A DNA stretch of 64,000 nucleotides from NCBI GenBank assembly GCA_039980135.1, contig JBDXCV010000001.1, positions 74,914-138,913 of the forward strand, read 5' to 3'. Positions 10,568-18,900 of this stretch are shown piece after piece (positions within the stretch are counted from its first letter, which is position 1; the number at the start of each line of letters is the position of its first letter). The DNA is from Alphaproteobacteria bacterium (GTDB lineage Bacteria; Pseudomonadota; Alphaproteobacteria; UBA6615). The translations under genes were made by a program, and so were the position numbers. The notes under the pieces were generated by a model. It saw nothing but the letters and a program-made list of their open reading frames with translations, was not told where the DNA came from and did no database searches.

Positions 10568-12253
10568 CTAGCCTTTTGCCTTCGCCCCGCCATCGCGCAG
10601 GCTCACCGTGCGGTTGAACACGAGTGCGCCGGGGGCAGATCCCGCATCGGGCGCGAAATAGCCAAGCCGCTCGAACTGGACCACCGCATCGTCCTTCGCG
10701 AGGGTCGGCTCCAGGTAGCATTCGGTGCGCAGGTCGAGTGAGGACGGGTTGAGGTCTTCGAGCCAGTCGCGCTCCTTGCCCGGTTCCTCGGCGGTGAACA
10801 GATGATCGTAAAGGCGGACTTCTGCGGTCTCGGCGTGGGCCGCCGAGACCCAATGGATCGTCCCGCGGACCTTGCGGCCGTCGGGTGATTCGCCGCCACG
10901 GCTTTCCGGGTCATAGGTGCAGCGCAGCTCAGTCACATTGCCGACGGCGTCCTTGATTACATCCGTGCAAGTCACGAAATATGCGAAGCGGAGCCGCACC
11001 TCCCGCCCGATGGTCAGGCGGCGGAATTTCTTGGGTGCGTCGTCCATATAATCGTCACGCTCGACCCAGAGTTCGCGCCCGAACGGAATTTTGCGCGTGC
11101 CGGCACTTTCGTCGGTCGGGTTGTTCACCCCGTCCAGTTCTTCTGTCTCGCCCTCGGGATAGTTCTCGATCACCAGCTTGACCGGATCGAGTACGCCCAT
11201 TCGGCGCGGGGCGGTCTGATTCAGATGCTCGCGGATCGTGTTCTCGAGATACGACATCTCGACCAGTCCGTCGGCCTTGGTAATGCCCAGGCGGGTGATG
11301 AAATCGCGGATCGCCTCGGGGGGCACACCGCGGCGGCGCAGCCCGGCCACGGTGGGCATGCGCGGGTCGTCCCAGCCGGCGACATGGCCTTCCTCCACGA
11401 GGTGGATCAGGCGACGTTTCGACAGCACCGTGTGACCGAGGTTGAGGCGTCCGAATTCATACTGGCGGGGCCGGGCGGGCACCGGGAGGTTTTCGATGAA
11501 CCAGTCATACAGAGGGCGGTGATCCTCGAACTCCAGCGTACACAGGGAATGAGTCACATGTTCGATGGCGTCCGACTGGCCGTGGGCGAAATCATAGGTC
11601 GGGTAGATGCGCCACGCATCGCCCGTGCGCGGATGATCGGCGCGAAGTATCCGATACAATACGGGGTCGCGCAGGTTGATATTGCCTGAGGCCATGTCGA
11701 TCTTGGCGCGGAGCACCCGTGCACCATCCTCGAACTCGCCGGCGCGCATGCGCGCGAACAGATCGAGGCTTTCTGCGGCCGGCCTCTCGCGGTAGGGGCT
11801 CGGTCGGCCGGGTTCGGTCAGGGTGCCGCGATACTCGCGGATTTCATCGGCCGTCAGATCGTCCACATAGGCGAGGCCGCCTTCGATCAGATGCTGCGCC
11901 CAGGCGTAGAGTTGCTCGAAATTATCTGACGCGTGGAAGAGATTCTCGCCCCAGTCGAATCCGAGCCAGCGCACGTCGTCCTGTATGGCGCGAATATAGG
12001 CGGCGTCCTCGCGGGCGGGGTTGGTATCGTCGAAGCGCAGGTTGCAGGTGCCGCCGAACTCCGCCGCGACGCCGAAGTTCAGGCAGATCGACTTGGCGTG
12101 TCCGATATGAAGGTAGCCGTTCGGTTCCGGCGGGAAGCGGGTGACGATCGTATCGGTCTGGCCGGATTCGAGATCGGCACGAATCCGGTCGCGGATGAAA
12201 TCGCGCGGCGCCGTTTCGGTGTCGTGGGAATCGGGGTTGTCAGAATCTGTCAT
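10568..12253 (-). CDS. glnS: glutamine--tRNA ligase
   Basis: Strong colinearity with GlnRS: [24 protein letters not shown] (HIGH), VLSKRRL (KMSKS-like), C-terminal anticodon-binding beta-barrel region. 561 aa. Confidence 0.9.
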   Translation of the reverse strand: MTDSDNPDSHDTETAPRDFIRDRIRADLESGQTDTIVTRFPPEPNGYLHIGHAKSICLNFGVAAEFGGTCNLRFDDTNPAREDAAYIRAIQDDVRWLGFDWGENLFHASDNFEQLYAWAQHLIEGGLAYVDDLTADEIREYRGTLTEPGRPSPYRERPAAESLDLFARMRAGEFEDGARVLRAKIDMASGNINLRDPVLYRILRADHPRTGDAWRIYPTYDFAHGQSDAIEHVTHSLCTLEFEDHRPLYDWFIENLPVPARPRQYEFGRLNLGHTVLSKRRLIHLVEEGHVAGWDDPRMPTVAGLRRRGVPPEAIRDFITRLGITKADGLVEMSYLENTIREHLNQTAPRRMGVLDPVKLVIENYPEGETEELDGVNNPTDESAGTRKIPFGRELWVERDDYMDDAPKKFRRLTIGREVRLRFAYFVTCTDVIKDAVGNVTELRCTYDPESRGGESPDGRKVRGTIHWVSAAHAETAEVRLYDHLFTAEEPGKERDWLEDLNPSSLDLRTECYLEPTLAKDDAVVQFERLGYFAPDAGSAPGALVFNRTVSLRDGGAKAKG

Positions 12254-12335
12254 GAAATATCACGGCCCTGGGATGATGGCTCTGTCTGCCAGAAAACTGG
12301 CTGTGCGCCAAGTCGGGTGCCGCAATAAACGCAAA

Positions 12336-12360
12336 CGGCCCGGCATTGGCTGCCGGGCCG
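12336..12360 (-). terminator. 10-bp perfect hairpin (CGGCCCGGCA-ttggc-TGCCGGGCCG) downstream of the VOC dioxygenase gene
   Basis: Seen directly. On the minus strand it is followed by UUUGCGUUUAUU, so it is a candidate intrinsic terminator. It sits between the stop of the 12383..13369 gene and the glnS start. Confidence 0.5.
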
Positions 12361-12382
12361 CACATCACAAGGCAGAAACCGC

Positions 12383-13369
12383 CTAAGGGCTGACGTGATG
12401 GATGAATTCCATGGGAGCAGGCTCGCCCCACTGGGACCTGAGCCCTTCATCGGCGGGGATGTAGCGGGTTTCGTAGTCCGCATTGAGCGTGTCCGAATCC
12501 GCCCAATGTTCGTGCACCCGACCCCACGGGTCCTTCCAATAGTCGTAAATCTGGCTGCCGAGAACGTGACGGCCAATGCCCCAGACATGGTCGTAATTAC
12601 CGGCATCACGCAGATGTTCGTGACCCATCATCACGTCGTCGAAATCGGGCACCTCGAACGAGAGGTGGTTCAGCCCGGCATTCTCGTTGCCGATGTAGAG
12701 AAACACATGATGGTCGACGAATTGCTTGCCGCCGTCGATACGGTTGAAGCTGGCAATTATCTTGTCTTTGTCATCCTCGACATAGACCTCGTCCGAAGCG
12801 ATGAGGCCGATATGGTGGCGCACCCAGGCCGTGCATTCGTGCATCTTCGGTGTGCCGATCACGCCATGGCCGATCCGCATGACCGTGGCCGGGCCGGGGG
12901 CCTTGCGCCAAAGTTCGTTGGCGCGCTTGTACTTGTCGATATTGCCGAGGTTGTAGGATTGACGCTCGACGGGCATCTCGTCGACGGCTTCAATACCGTG
13001 GACGACTTCGATGGTGTAGCCGTTGGGTTCTGTGAGGCGGACCCTTTTGCCGCCGCCGGGCTCGTCGATATTCTCGACATCTGACGCGCCTTTGGCTTCC
13101 GCAGCGAGTTTGTGCAGATCGTCTTCGCTAACAGCACGGAAGGCGAGGCTGATGAAACCGGGGTCGCCCTTTTCCGTCACGTGAATATGGTGGCTGGCAC
13201 CGGTGCCGCGCATGAACAGTTTGTCGTTGGTGCGCTCGACCGTGATCATACCGAAATTGGTCAGGAACTCTTCCTGGACGTCCAGATCGGGTGACCTGAT
13301 GCGGCCCCATTCGAGATCGGCGACCTTGATAATGGGTTCAGTCATGGGGATTTCCTCCTGCCCTGCCAT
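12383..13369 (-). CDS. two-domain VOC family protein (extradiol ring-cleavage dioxygenase / glyoxalase-like)
   Basis: 328 aa with two tandem VOC modules and His/Glu metal-ligand pattern (HHIHVTEKG... HHVFLYIG... E at C-term), typical of type I extradiol dioxygenases. Confidence 0.6.
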   Translation of the reverse strand: MAGQEEIPMTEPIIKVADLEWGRIRSPDLDVQEEFLTNFGMITVERTNDKLFMRGTGASHHIHVTEKGDPGFISLAFRAVSEDDLHKLAAEAKGASDVENIDEPGGGKRVRLTEPNGYTIEVVHGIEAVDEMPVERQSYNLGNIDKYKRANELWRKAPGPATVMRIGHGVIGTPKMHECTAWVRHHIGLIASDEVYVEDDKDKIIASFNRIDGGKQFVDHHVFLYIGNENAGLNHLSFEVPDFDDVMMGHEHLRDAGNYDHVWGIGRHVLGSQIYDYWKDPWGRVHEHWADSDTLNADYETRYIPADEGLRSQWGEPAPMEFIHHVSP

Positions 13370-13454
13370 TCGCGGCGGTGTTGCTGGATACTCTAGACGG
13401 AACAGGCTTGGCTCGGAAAGCCTCTAACCCGGTGTCACGCGCTCGGTATTTGGC

Positions 13455-13472
13455 CCATACGCAACCGTATGG
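13455..13472. promoter_or_regulatory. palindromic operator CCATACG-caac-CGTATGG (putative TetR binding site) followed by TATTAT -10-like hexamer
   Basis: Perfect 7-bp inverted repeat in the divergent intergenic region between the VOC gene and the TetR gene. A related second copy is at 13497..13514. Confidence 0.5.
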
Positions 13473-13496
13473 TATTATGCTGGTGTGCGGGTGTCA

Positions 13497-13514
13497 ATAC
13501 GCGTGCGTATGGGG
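13497..13514. promoter_or_regulatory. second related near-palindrome CAATACGC-gt-GCGTATGG (putative TetR operator 2)
   Basis: Shares ATACG...CGTATGG arms with the site at 13455, 36 bp upstream of the tetR start codon. Confidence 0.45.
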
Positions 13515-13549
13515 CCGAGCCTGGTCTGGCAGATATTGTAGGCGGACGA

Positions 13550-14134
13550 ATGACGAGCAAACGAGAACAGTCCCAGGATCGAGACTCCTGGCTCGCGGAA
13601 GCGCTTGAAATGCTGCGAGAGCGCGGGGTCGATCATGTGAAGGTCGAGCCTCTCGCGCAGCGCCTCGGGGTGACCAAGGGGAGCTTTTACTGGCACTTCA
13701 AGGATCGTCAGGACCTGCTGAACTCGCTTCCGGAATTCTGGGCGCGTCGCCAGACGGATCCGGTACTTGCCCATGTGCAGGCCACGTCGGGAGGTCCGAT
13801 CGAAAAGATGCGGGCCATTCTCGAATTCATCGCGCACGAGGACCCCGACCAATACGACAATGCCATGCGTGCCTGGGCTCAGTTCGATCCGGACGTCGCG
13901 GCCGCGGTGGCGGCGATTGACGAACGCCGGATGGCAACGGCGCGGTCATTGTTCGAGGAGGCGGGACTCAGCTCGTCCGATGCGGCCTTTAGGGCCCGGC
14001 TCTGGTATTTCTATGATGTGGGCGAGCATGTGACCCGCGATACGCCGGACACGGTCGAGGAGCGGCTGGAACGCGCGTCCCACCGGCTGAAGCTGCTGAC
14101 GTCGGATCTAAAGTCGGATCTGGCGTCGGATTAG
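13550..14134 (+). CDS. TetR/AcrR family transcriptional regulator
   Basis: HTH signature VKVEPLAQRLGVTKGSFYWHFKDRQDLL. About 195 aa from the ATG at 13550. Confidence 0.85.
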   Translation: MTSKREQSQDRDSWLAEALEMLRERGVDHVKVEPLAQRLGVTKGSFYWHFKDRQDLLNSLPEFWARRQTDPVLAHVQATSGGPIEKMRAILEFIAHEDPDQYDNAMRAWAQFDPDVAAAVAAIDERRMATARSLFEEAGLSSSDAAFRARLWYFYDVGEHVTRDTPDTVEERLERASHRLKLLTSDLKSDLASD

Positions 14135-15330
14135 CTGGCGATCAGCATGTCGGCGGCTTGCGGCTCGACCCCGAACACGCCAAGCATGCAATCGAGCAAC
14201 TCGCGGTGCTGGTCGCTCGTAATCTGCGGGCCCGTGCGTCCGAGCTGGTCCTGCAGCAGATTGATCGCGTGGGAGTTGCTGCTCAGGCAGGCTGCCAGTT
14301 CGACATAGTGCGTGTCGGCCTGGCCGAGGAAATCCTTGAACGGTGCCGGATTGCTTTCCTCGATAAACTGCCGATAGCTGTTTTCATAAGCCTCCAGCAT
14401 ATTGACGATGCTGAGATAATTTTCGCGAAACAGGGCGCGGAGTTGCTTGAGGTCCCGCTTGATCAGGCCCTGAACCTCCGTGCGCAGACCGCCGTAATCG
14501 ACCGGCAGCGCGGTCTTCGCGTCGCCGATCCAGGCGAAGAGGCGGCGTAGTGCCGGCTCCACTTCCGAAAACTGCACCTGATAATAGCAAATCGCTTTCC
14601 AGGCGAAGAATAGCTCCGGCGCGCGCTCGGGCGGCATTTCCATGCCGTAGACGAAATCCTCAATGCCGTCGATGTCGCGCGCTTCCCAGATTTTCTTCAG
14701 GAATTTGGAGATGTTCTCTTCGATCCTGATCTTGAGGTCCGGGTCGGTGTCGACGTCGTCGTCTTCCATGCCCAGCGCCTTGCGGACCAGCGCGTCGATT
14801 TTTTCGCGGATGGGCTTCTGGATGCGGGTCCATTCCTCGATGCTGATGTTGAAATAGGCGGGGTTCAACTGGTCCTCGATGCCCTGCTGTTGCGCCTTAC
14901 ATTTCAGCAGGAACGGGTCGAGGGTGGGCAACTGGTCGATCATTTCCATGATCTGAATGTCCCAACGGCCGTCTTCAGCCTTGTCCTCGCGATTCGTATC
15001 GAGACCACATTTGTGCAGCAGTTTCTCGGCCCGGCGGGGGTCGCTTACCAGAATGGAGTCGCCACCCTCATACATATTCTGATGGTTGTAGGGAAAATAG
15101 ACGAGGGTCTCGACACCGTGCTGGCGTTTGCCGCGAATGGTGACGGTATCGACGACCTTGAAAATGATCGAATCATTCAGATAGCGGTTGCGAAACAACG
15201 GCCCGAACGGGTCATCGTCGGCGATTGTCGCCGCGATGCCGGCGATGTCCTTCGTGGTTTCGAAGCAATTCAGGGTCGAGGAACGACCCACATCGATAGC
15301 GCGGGAAAGCTGTTGCCGGTTCATGGACAT
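14131..15330 (-). CDS. hypothetical protein, compositionally atypical (Lys/Glu/Asp/Ile/Phe/Tyr-rich), no recognisable motifs
   Basis: 399-aa uninterrupted ORF with clear coding periodicity. GC is visibly lower (about 55%) than neighbours (about 65%). Converges on tetR with a 4-nt overlap and is divergent from the SCNase-like operon. Confidence 0.5.
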   Translation of the reverse strand: MSMNRQQLSRAIDVGRSSTLNCFETTKDIAGIAATIADDDPFGPLFRNRYLNDSIIFKVVDTVTIRGKRQHGVETLVYFPYNHQNMYEGGDSILVSDPRRAEKLLHKCGLDTNREDKAEDGRWDIQIMEMIDQLPTLDPFLLKCKAQQQGIEDQLNPAYFNISIEEWTRIQKPIREKIDALVRKALGMEDDDVDTDPDLKIRIEENISKFLKKIWEARDIDGIEDFVYGMEMPPERAPELFFAWKAICYYQVQFSEVEPALRRLFAWIGDAKTALPVDYGGLRTEVQGLIKRDLKQLRALFRENYLSIVNMLEAYENSYRQFIEESNPAPFKDFLGQADTHYVELAACLSSNSHAINLLQDQLGRTGPQITSDQHRELLDCMLGVFGVEPQAADMLIAS

Positions 15331-15498
15331 CGAGACGAGACTCCGGGAGTTCTGATCCGTCCCATTCTGAATTGGAAATATTGAAGAAATCTAAAGGGAT
15401 AGAGCGAAACCCGGTATTTATGTGTGTCGGTCGACGAAGTCCTTGCCTTGTCCGGGCTGGACCCTGAAAATGGCGTCCGCACCACGCGGGGGGAGAGA

Positions 15499-15825
15499 AT
15501 GCGCGGTCCACAGGATTACGGAGGGATGCCGGCAGGCCCGGTCGATCCCGAAAAGCACGAGCATGTCCCGACCCATTGGGAAAAGACGGTCGATGCGATG
15601 ATGATGCTGCTGTTCGATCAGCGCCGTCGCCTGGCCCGCGTCGATGAATCGCGGCGCATGCAGGAAGCGCTTGGCGAGGATTATCACAAATATCCTTATT
15701 ACGAGCGTTGGCTGCAGGCGATCTCCTGGTTGATGCTGGAGAAGGGCGTCTACACCCAGGAGGAACTCGAGGCGAAGCAGGCCGAGGTCCGTGCGCGTCT
15801 GGAGGCGGAAGGCCATGGATCCTAG
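15499..15825 (+). CDS. nitrile hydratase beta-subunit N-terminal-half homologue (thiocyanate hydrolase beta-like, scnB-like)
   Basis: MRGPQDYGGMPAGPV ... WEKTVDAMM ... YYERWL ... LEKGV matches the NHase-beta N-terminal half (MNGxHDxGG..GPV, WEKT, YYEHWL, LEKG). Strong GGGGGAGAG RBS before the ATG at 15499. The listed ORF begins at GTG 15424. Confidence 0.7.
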   Translation: MRGPQDYGGMPAGPVDPEKHEHVPTHWEKTVDAMMMLLFDQRRRLARVDESRRMQEALGEDYHKYPYYERWLQAISWLMLEKGVYTQEELEAKQAEVRARLEAEGHGS

Positions 15826-16099
15826 GTTCCAGCCGGGCGACAAGGTCCAGGTGTTGCATCGCGACCAGCCGGGCCATGTACGAACGCCGATGTATGTGCG
15901 GGGCAAATCCGGCGTGATCGAACGCATCGTCGGTTCATTTCCCAACCCCGAACTGTTGGCGGTCGGCCATTCGGGGCTGCCCTACAAGATGCTCTACCGT
16001 GTGAACTTCCGGCAGGGTGAGCTGTGGGAAGACTATGACGGGGCACCCGACGACACGCTTGAGATCGAAATTTACGAACATTGGCTGGCGCCAGTTTAG
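15815..16099 (+). CDS. nitrile hydratase beta-subunit C-terminal-half homologue (thiocyanate hydrolase alpha-like, scnA-like)
   Basis: FQPGDKVQVL ... MYVRGKSGVIERIVG ... YRVNFRQGELWEDYDG ... LEIEIYEHWLAPV parallels the NHase-beta C-terminal barrel domain. The ATG at 15815 overlaps the upstream stop (ATGGATCCTAG). Confidence 0.7.
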   Translation: MDPRFQPGDKVQVLHRDQPGHVRTPMYVRGKSGVIERIVGSFPNPELLAVGHSGLPYKMLYRVNFRQGELWEDYDGAPDDTLEIEIYEHWLAPV

Positions 16100-16124
16100 G
16101 CGCGCGCGGAAAGCGGTGACAATT

Positions 16125-16799
16125 ATGAGCGAAACCCACGATCACTCGCATGATCATTCCCACGACCACCCGACGCATACCCATGACGGCAAACCGATCC
16201 AGGAGGATCCGTTGCCGTCGCTCGAGGCGCAGATTCTCGAGGCCGCGGTGCGCGAACTCCTGATCGAAAAGGGGGTCATCTCGTCGGATGATGTGCGCCG
16301 CGCAATCGACCAGGTCGAAAGCCGCAATCCGGCGCTCGGCGCCAAGATCGTGGCCCGTGCCTGGGACGATTCCGAGTTCAAGTTGCTGCTCATGTCTGAC
16401 AGTGACGAGGCGCTGAAGGATTTCGGCATCAACATGAGCCCCATGGAGCTGTGTGTCGTCGAAAATACCGAGGACGTCCACAACATGGTCGTTTGCACCC
16501 TGTGTTCCTGCTATCCGCGCCCGGTGCTCGGCATTCCGCCGGCCTGGTACAAGCGCCGCGACTATCGCGCGCGTGCGGTCCGTGAGCCGCGCGCGGTCCT
16601 GCGCGAGTTCGGCACGGAGATTCCTGAGAAAAAACAAGTGCGTGTACATGACAGCAACGCCGATTTGCGCTATCTGGTACTGCCGCAGCGCCCGGAAGGC
16701 ACCGACGGCTGGGATCAGGACAGGCTTGCGCGCCTGGTAACGCGAGACGCCATGATCGGGGTCAGCGATGCGCTGGCTCCGGAGGACCTTGAGGGTTGA
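16125..16799 (+). CDS. nitrile hydratase alpha-subunit family protein (thiocyanate hydrolase gamma-like, scnC-like) with His/Asp-rich N-terminus
   Basis: Metal-binding claw VCTLCSCYPRP (16494..16520; Arg where Co-NHases have Trp, as in SCNase gamma-Arg136). His-rich N-terminal tract HDHSHDHSHDHPTHTHD. About 224 aa from the ATG at 16125. Confidence 0.8.
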   Translation: MSETHDHSHDHSHDHPTHTHDGKPIQEDPLPSLEAQILEAAVRELLIEKGVISSDDVRRAIDQVESRNPALGAKIVARAWDDSEFKLLLMSDSDEALKDFGINMSPMELCVVENTEDVHNMVVCTLCSCYPRPVLGIPPAWYKRRDYRARAVREPRAVLREFGTEIPEKKQVRVHDSNADLRYLVLPQRPEGTDGWDQDRLARLVTRDAMIGVSDALAPEDLEG

Positions 16800-16803
16800 T
16801 TTC

Positions 16804-16995
16804 ATGAAGATCGGACAACGCGCGTTTTGGCTGATTGTTGCCGGTTTGGTGGCGGTGAATTACGCCTATCTCCATGACATTATCTGGCAGTCCCACAGGG
16901 GCCTGGTTGTCATGGGGTTGAAGAGTTACGGGCTGGCCATTCTGGGCACGGTTATGATTCTGGCGGGTGTCGTAATGGCCAGGTCTGGCGACTAG
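16804..16995 (+). CDS. small membrane protein (64 aa, two predicted TM helices), translationally coupled to the gamma-like subunit
   Basis: ATG 4 nt after the scnC-like stop. Two hydrophobic stretches, FWLIVAGLVAVNYAYL and YGLAILGTVMILAGVVMA. Function unknown. Confidence 0.45.
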   Translation: MKIGQRAFWLIVAGLVAVNYAYLHDIIWQSHRGLVVMGLKSYGLAILGTVMILAGVVMARSGD

Positions 16996-17081
16996 TGCGC
17001 CGCATCGAATAGGCCGGAAATGAACCCGGCGGGGTAAACAGGACAGGTTCGCCGCTGGACGCGGCGTGGGGGAGTTCACGA

Positions 17082-18524
17082 GTGATCGCAGCACGAAAGA
17101 TGCTGGGCAGACTGTTCCCGGAACAGCGCGAACTGATCGTGCGCGCCGGCGGTCGTGTGCGCTATCTGCGGGTCGGCCGGCATGTCCAGGTCGGTGTGGT
17201 CACGCTGGTGGCGACAGCGTTTGTCTGGACGGCCTTCTCGACGGCCAAGTTTGCGTCGCACAACAGCATCGTATCGGGTCAGAAAACCCAGATTTCAGAG
17301 CTTCGCGACCATAATGCACGGATTGCGCAAGAGCTCGAGCGGGTGCGTGATCGCGTGGATATTCAGCGACGCTCATTGACCGCAACCCAACAAACGACGG
17401 TCGATCTCGAAACATCAAACCGGTCCCTGAAGGATGAGATCGGCGCGCTGCAGGGCGCCCTCGATGAGCAAAAGCTGCGGGGCGACGCGCTCGCGCTTTC
17501 GTATCTGAGCGAGGTCGAATCAAAGGCGCGGATCGCGGCCGAAGCGGAAAGCCTCACGGTCTCGCGCGAAGAGATGCGGCAGCGGCTCGTCGACCGGGGA
17601 CAAAAACTTGCAGCGGTCGAGGAGTCACGCCTGGCGCTGGAGACACAACTCGCAGAGTCGCGCGGTGCTCTTGCCGCGCTCAAGTCGGATGTTGTGGCGA
17701 TCGAAATTGCGCGCGCGGATCTCCAGGCGAACCTCGATGCGAGCGACCAGAAGCTGCGCAGCACAGTGGATGAGAAGCTTGCGGTCGATAACCAGCGACA
17801 GGCACTTGGTGAACAGGTCGCGGATTTGTCGGCGCGGCTTGTATCACTGGAGACCGCGCAGGTCGGCATCGTTTCCCGGCTGGGCGAGACTGCCGACCAG
17901 GGCGGCGAAGCCCTGCGAAAAACCCTGGACCTGGCCGGACTTGACGTCGACCGTCTGCTGGACCGGATGGCGCGTGCGGCGGGCGAAGGTCGCGGCGTGG
18001 GCGGGCCTTTCCTCGCGATCGAGAACAGTCCGGGCGGCGGTCTTGCGCAACAGATTGCGACAGTCGAGCGGCGGATTGACGACCTGCACAGCCTGCAGTC
18101 CCTGATGGAACACCTGCCGCTGGCCGCACCGCTCACCGAATATCGCGTGACGAGCAATTTTGGCCGTCGCCTCGACCCATTCACCAAACGCCTGGCGTTT
18201 CATTCCGGCATGGACATGGCCAGTCGCCGCAAGGCGCCGGTTCGCGTGACATCACCGGGGGTCGTGACCTTCGTGGGCTGGAAGGGCGGCTTCGGCAAAA
18301 TGGTCGAGGTCGATCACGGGCTGGGCGTACGCACGCGTTATGGTCACCTGTCGGCGATTTTCGTGAAACGCGGCCAGGAACTGGATTTCCGGGAAAAAGT
18401 GGGCCTTATCGGCAGTACGGGTCGGAGTTCGGGCGAACATTTGCACTATGAAATCCTGGTCGATGGACGGCAGAATGATCCGTCGAATTTCATCAAGGCA
18501 GGACAGTATGTTTTCAAAAACTGA
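17082..18524 (+). CDS. M23 family peptidoglycan DD-metalloendopeptidase with long N-terminal coiled-coil
   Basis: N-terminal TM then an extended Glu/Arg/Leu-rich coiled coil. C-terminal LytM domain HSGMDMA ... DHGLGVRTRYGHL ... GEHLHYE. Start is GTG 17082 or ATG 17100. Confidence 0.85.
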   Translation: MIAARKMLGRLFPEQRELIVRAGGRVRYLRVGRHVQVGVVTLVATAFVWTAFSTAKFASHNSIVSGQKTQISELRDHNARIAQELERVRDRVDIQRRSLTATQQTTVDLETSNRSLKDEIGALQGALDEQKLRGDALALSYLSEVESKARIAAEAESLTVSREEMRQRLVDRGQKLAAVEESRLALETQLAESRGALAALKSDVVAIEIARADLQANLDASDQKLRSTVDEKLAVDNQRQALGEQVADLSARLVSLETAQVGIVSRLGETADQGGEALRKTLDLAGLDVDRLLDRMARAAGEGRGVGGPFLAIENSPGGGLAQQIATVERRIDDLHSLQSLMEHLPLAAPLTEYRVTSNFGRRLDPFTKRLAFHSGMDMASRRKAPVRVTSPGVVTFVGWKGGFGKMVEVDHGLGVRTRYGHLSAIFVKRGQELDFREKVGLIGSTGRSSGEHLHYEILVDGRQNDPSNFIKAGQYVFKN

Positions 18525-18900
18525 CCGACAGGGTTTGGGCAACGGTGTGCCGTCGATTATCAGCGCAGACTTGAGCGTGTCTGGTGACCTTTCCGGCGAT
18601 GGCGTGATGCAGATCGATGGAACGGTCAATGGTGATATCCGCTGCGCGGAGGTGACGATCGGGCAGGGTGCCCAGGTATATGGTCAGCTTGAGTGCGACA
18701 CCGTGCATGTACATGGCACGGTCACCGGCGAAATTCGCGCCCGCGCCGTGAGCCTCTCGTCGACCGCGCGGGTCATTGGCGATATCCAGCATGAAGAGCT
18801 TTCGATCGAGGCGGGCGCGTATATGGAAGGCCAGCTTCTGCGCCGCGACGCGCAACAGTCACGGTTGAATCTGGTCGTCGGCGAGCGCGAGAAAGCCTAG
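18508..18900 (+). CDS. bactofilin (polymer-forming cytoskeletal protein, CcmA/BacA family)
   Basis: 131 aa with repeated beta-helix rungs (VSGDLSGDGVMQIDGTVNGDIRCAEVTIGQGAQVYGQLECDTVHVHGTVTGEI). Start overlaps the 3' end of the M23 peptidase gene by 17 nt. Confidence 0.85.
   Translation: MFSKTDRQGLGNGVPSIISADLSVSGDLSGDGVMQIDGTVNGDIRCAEVTIGQGAQVYGQLECDTVHVHGTVTGEIRARAVSLSSTARVIGDIQHEELSIEAGAYMEGQLLRRDAQQSRLNLVVGEREKA

Noticed and set aside
15815-15825. Split NHase-beta read as a frameshifted pseudogene
   Set aside because: The N-half ends in a clean stop and the C-half begins with its own ATG inside an 11-nt overlap, in the same order as natural three-subunit NHase-family enzymes. Both halves keep conserved motifs without further disruptions. 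Kept as a real split, but flagged in findings as needing checking.
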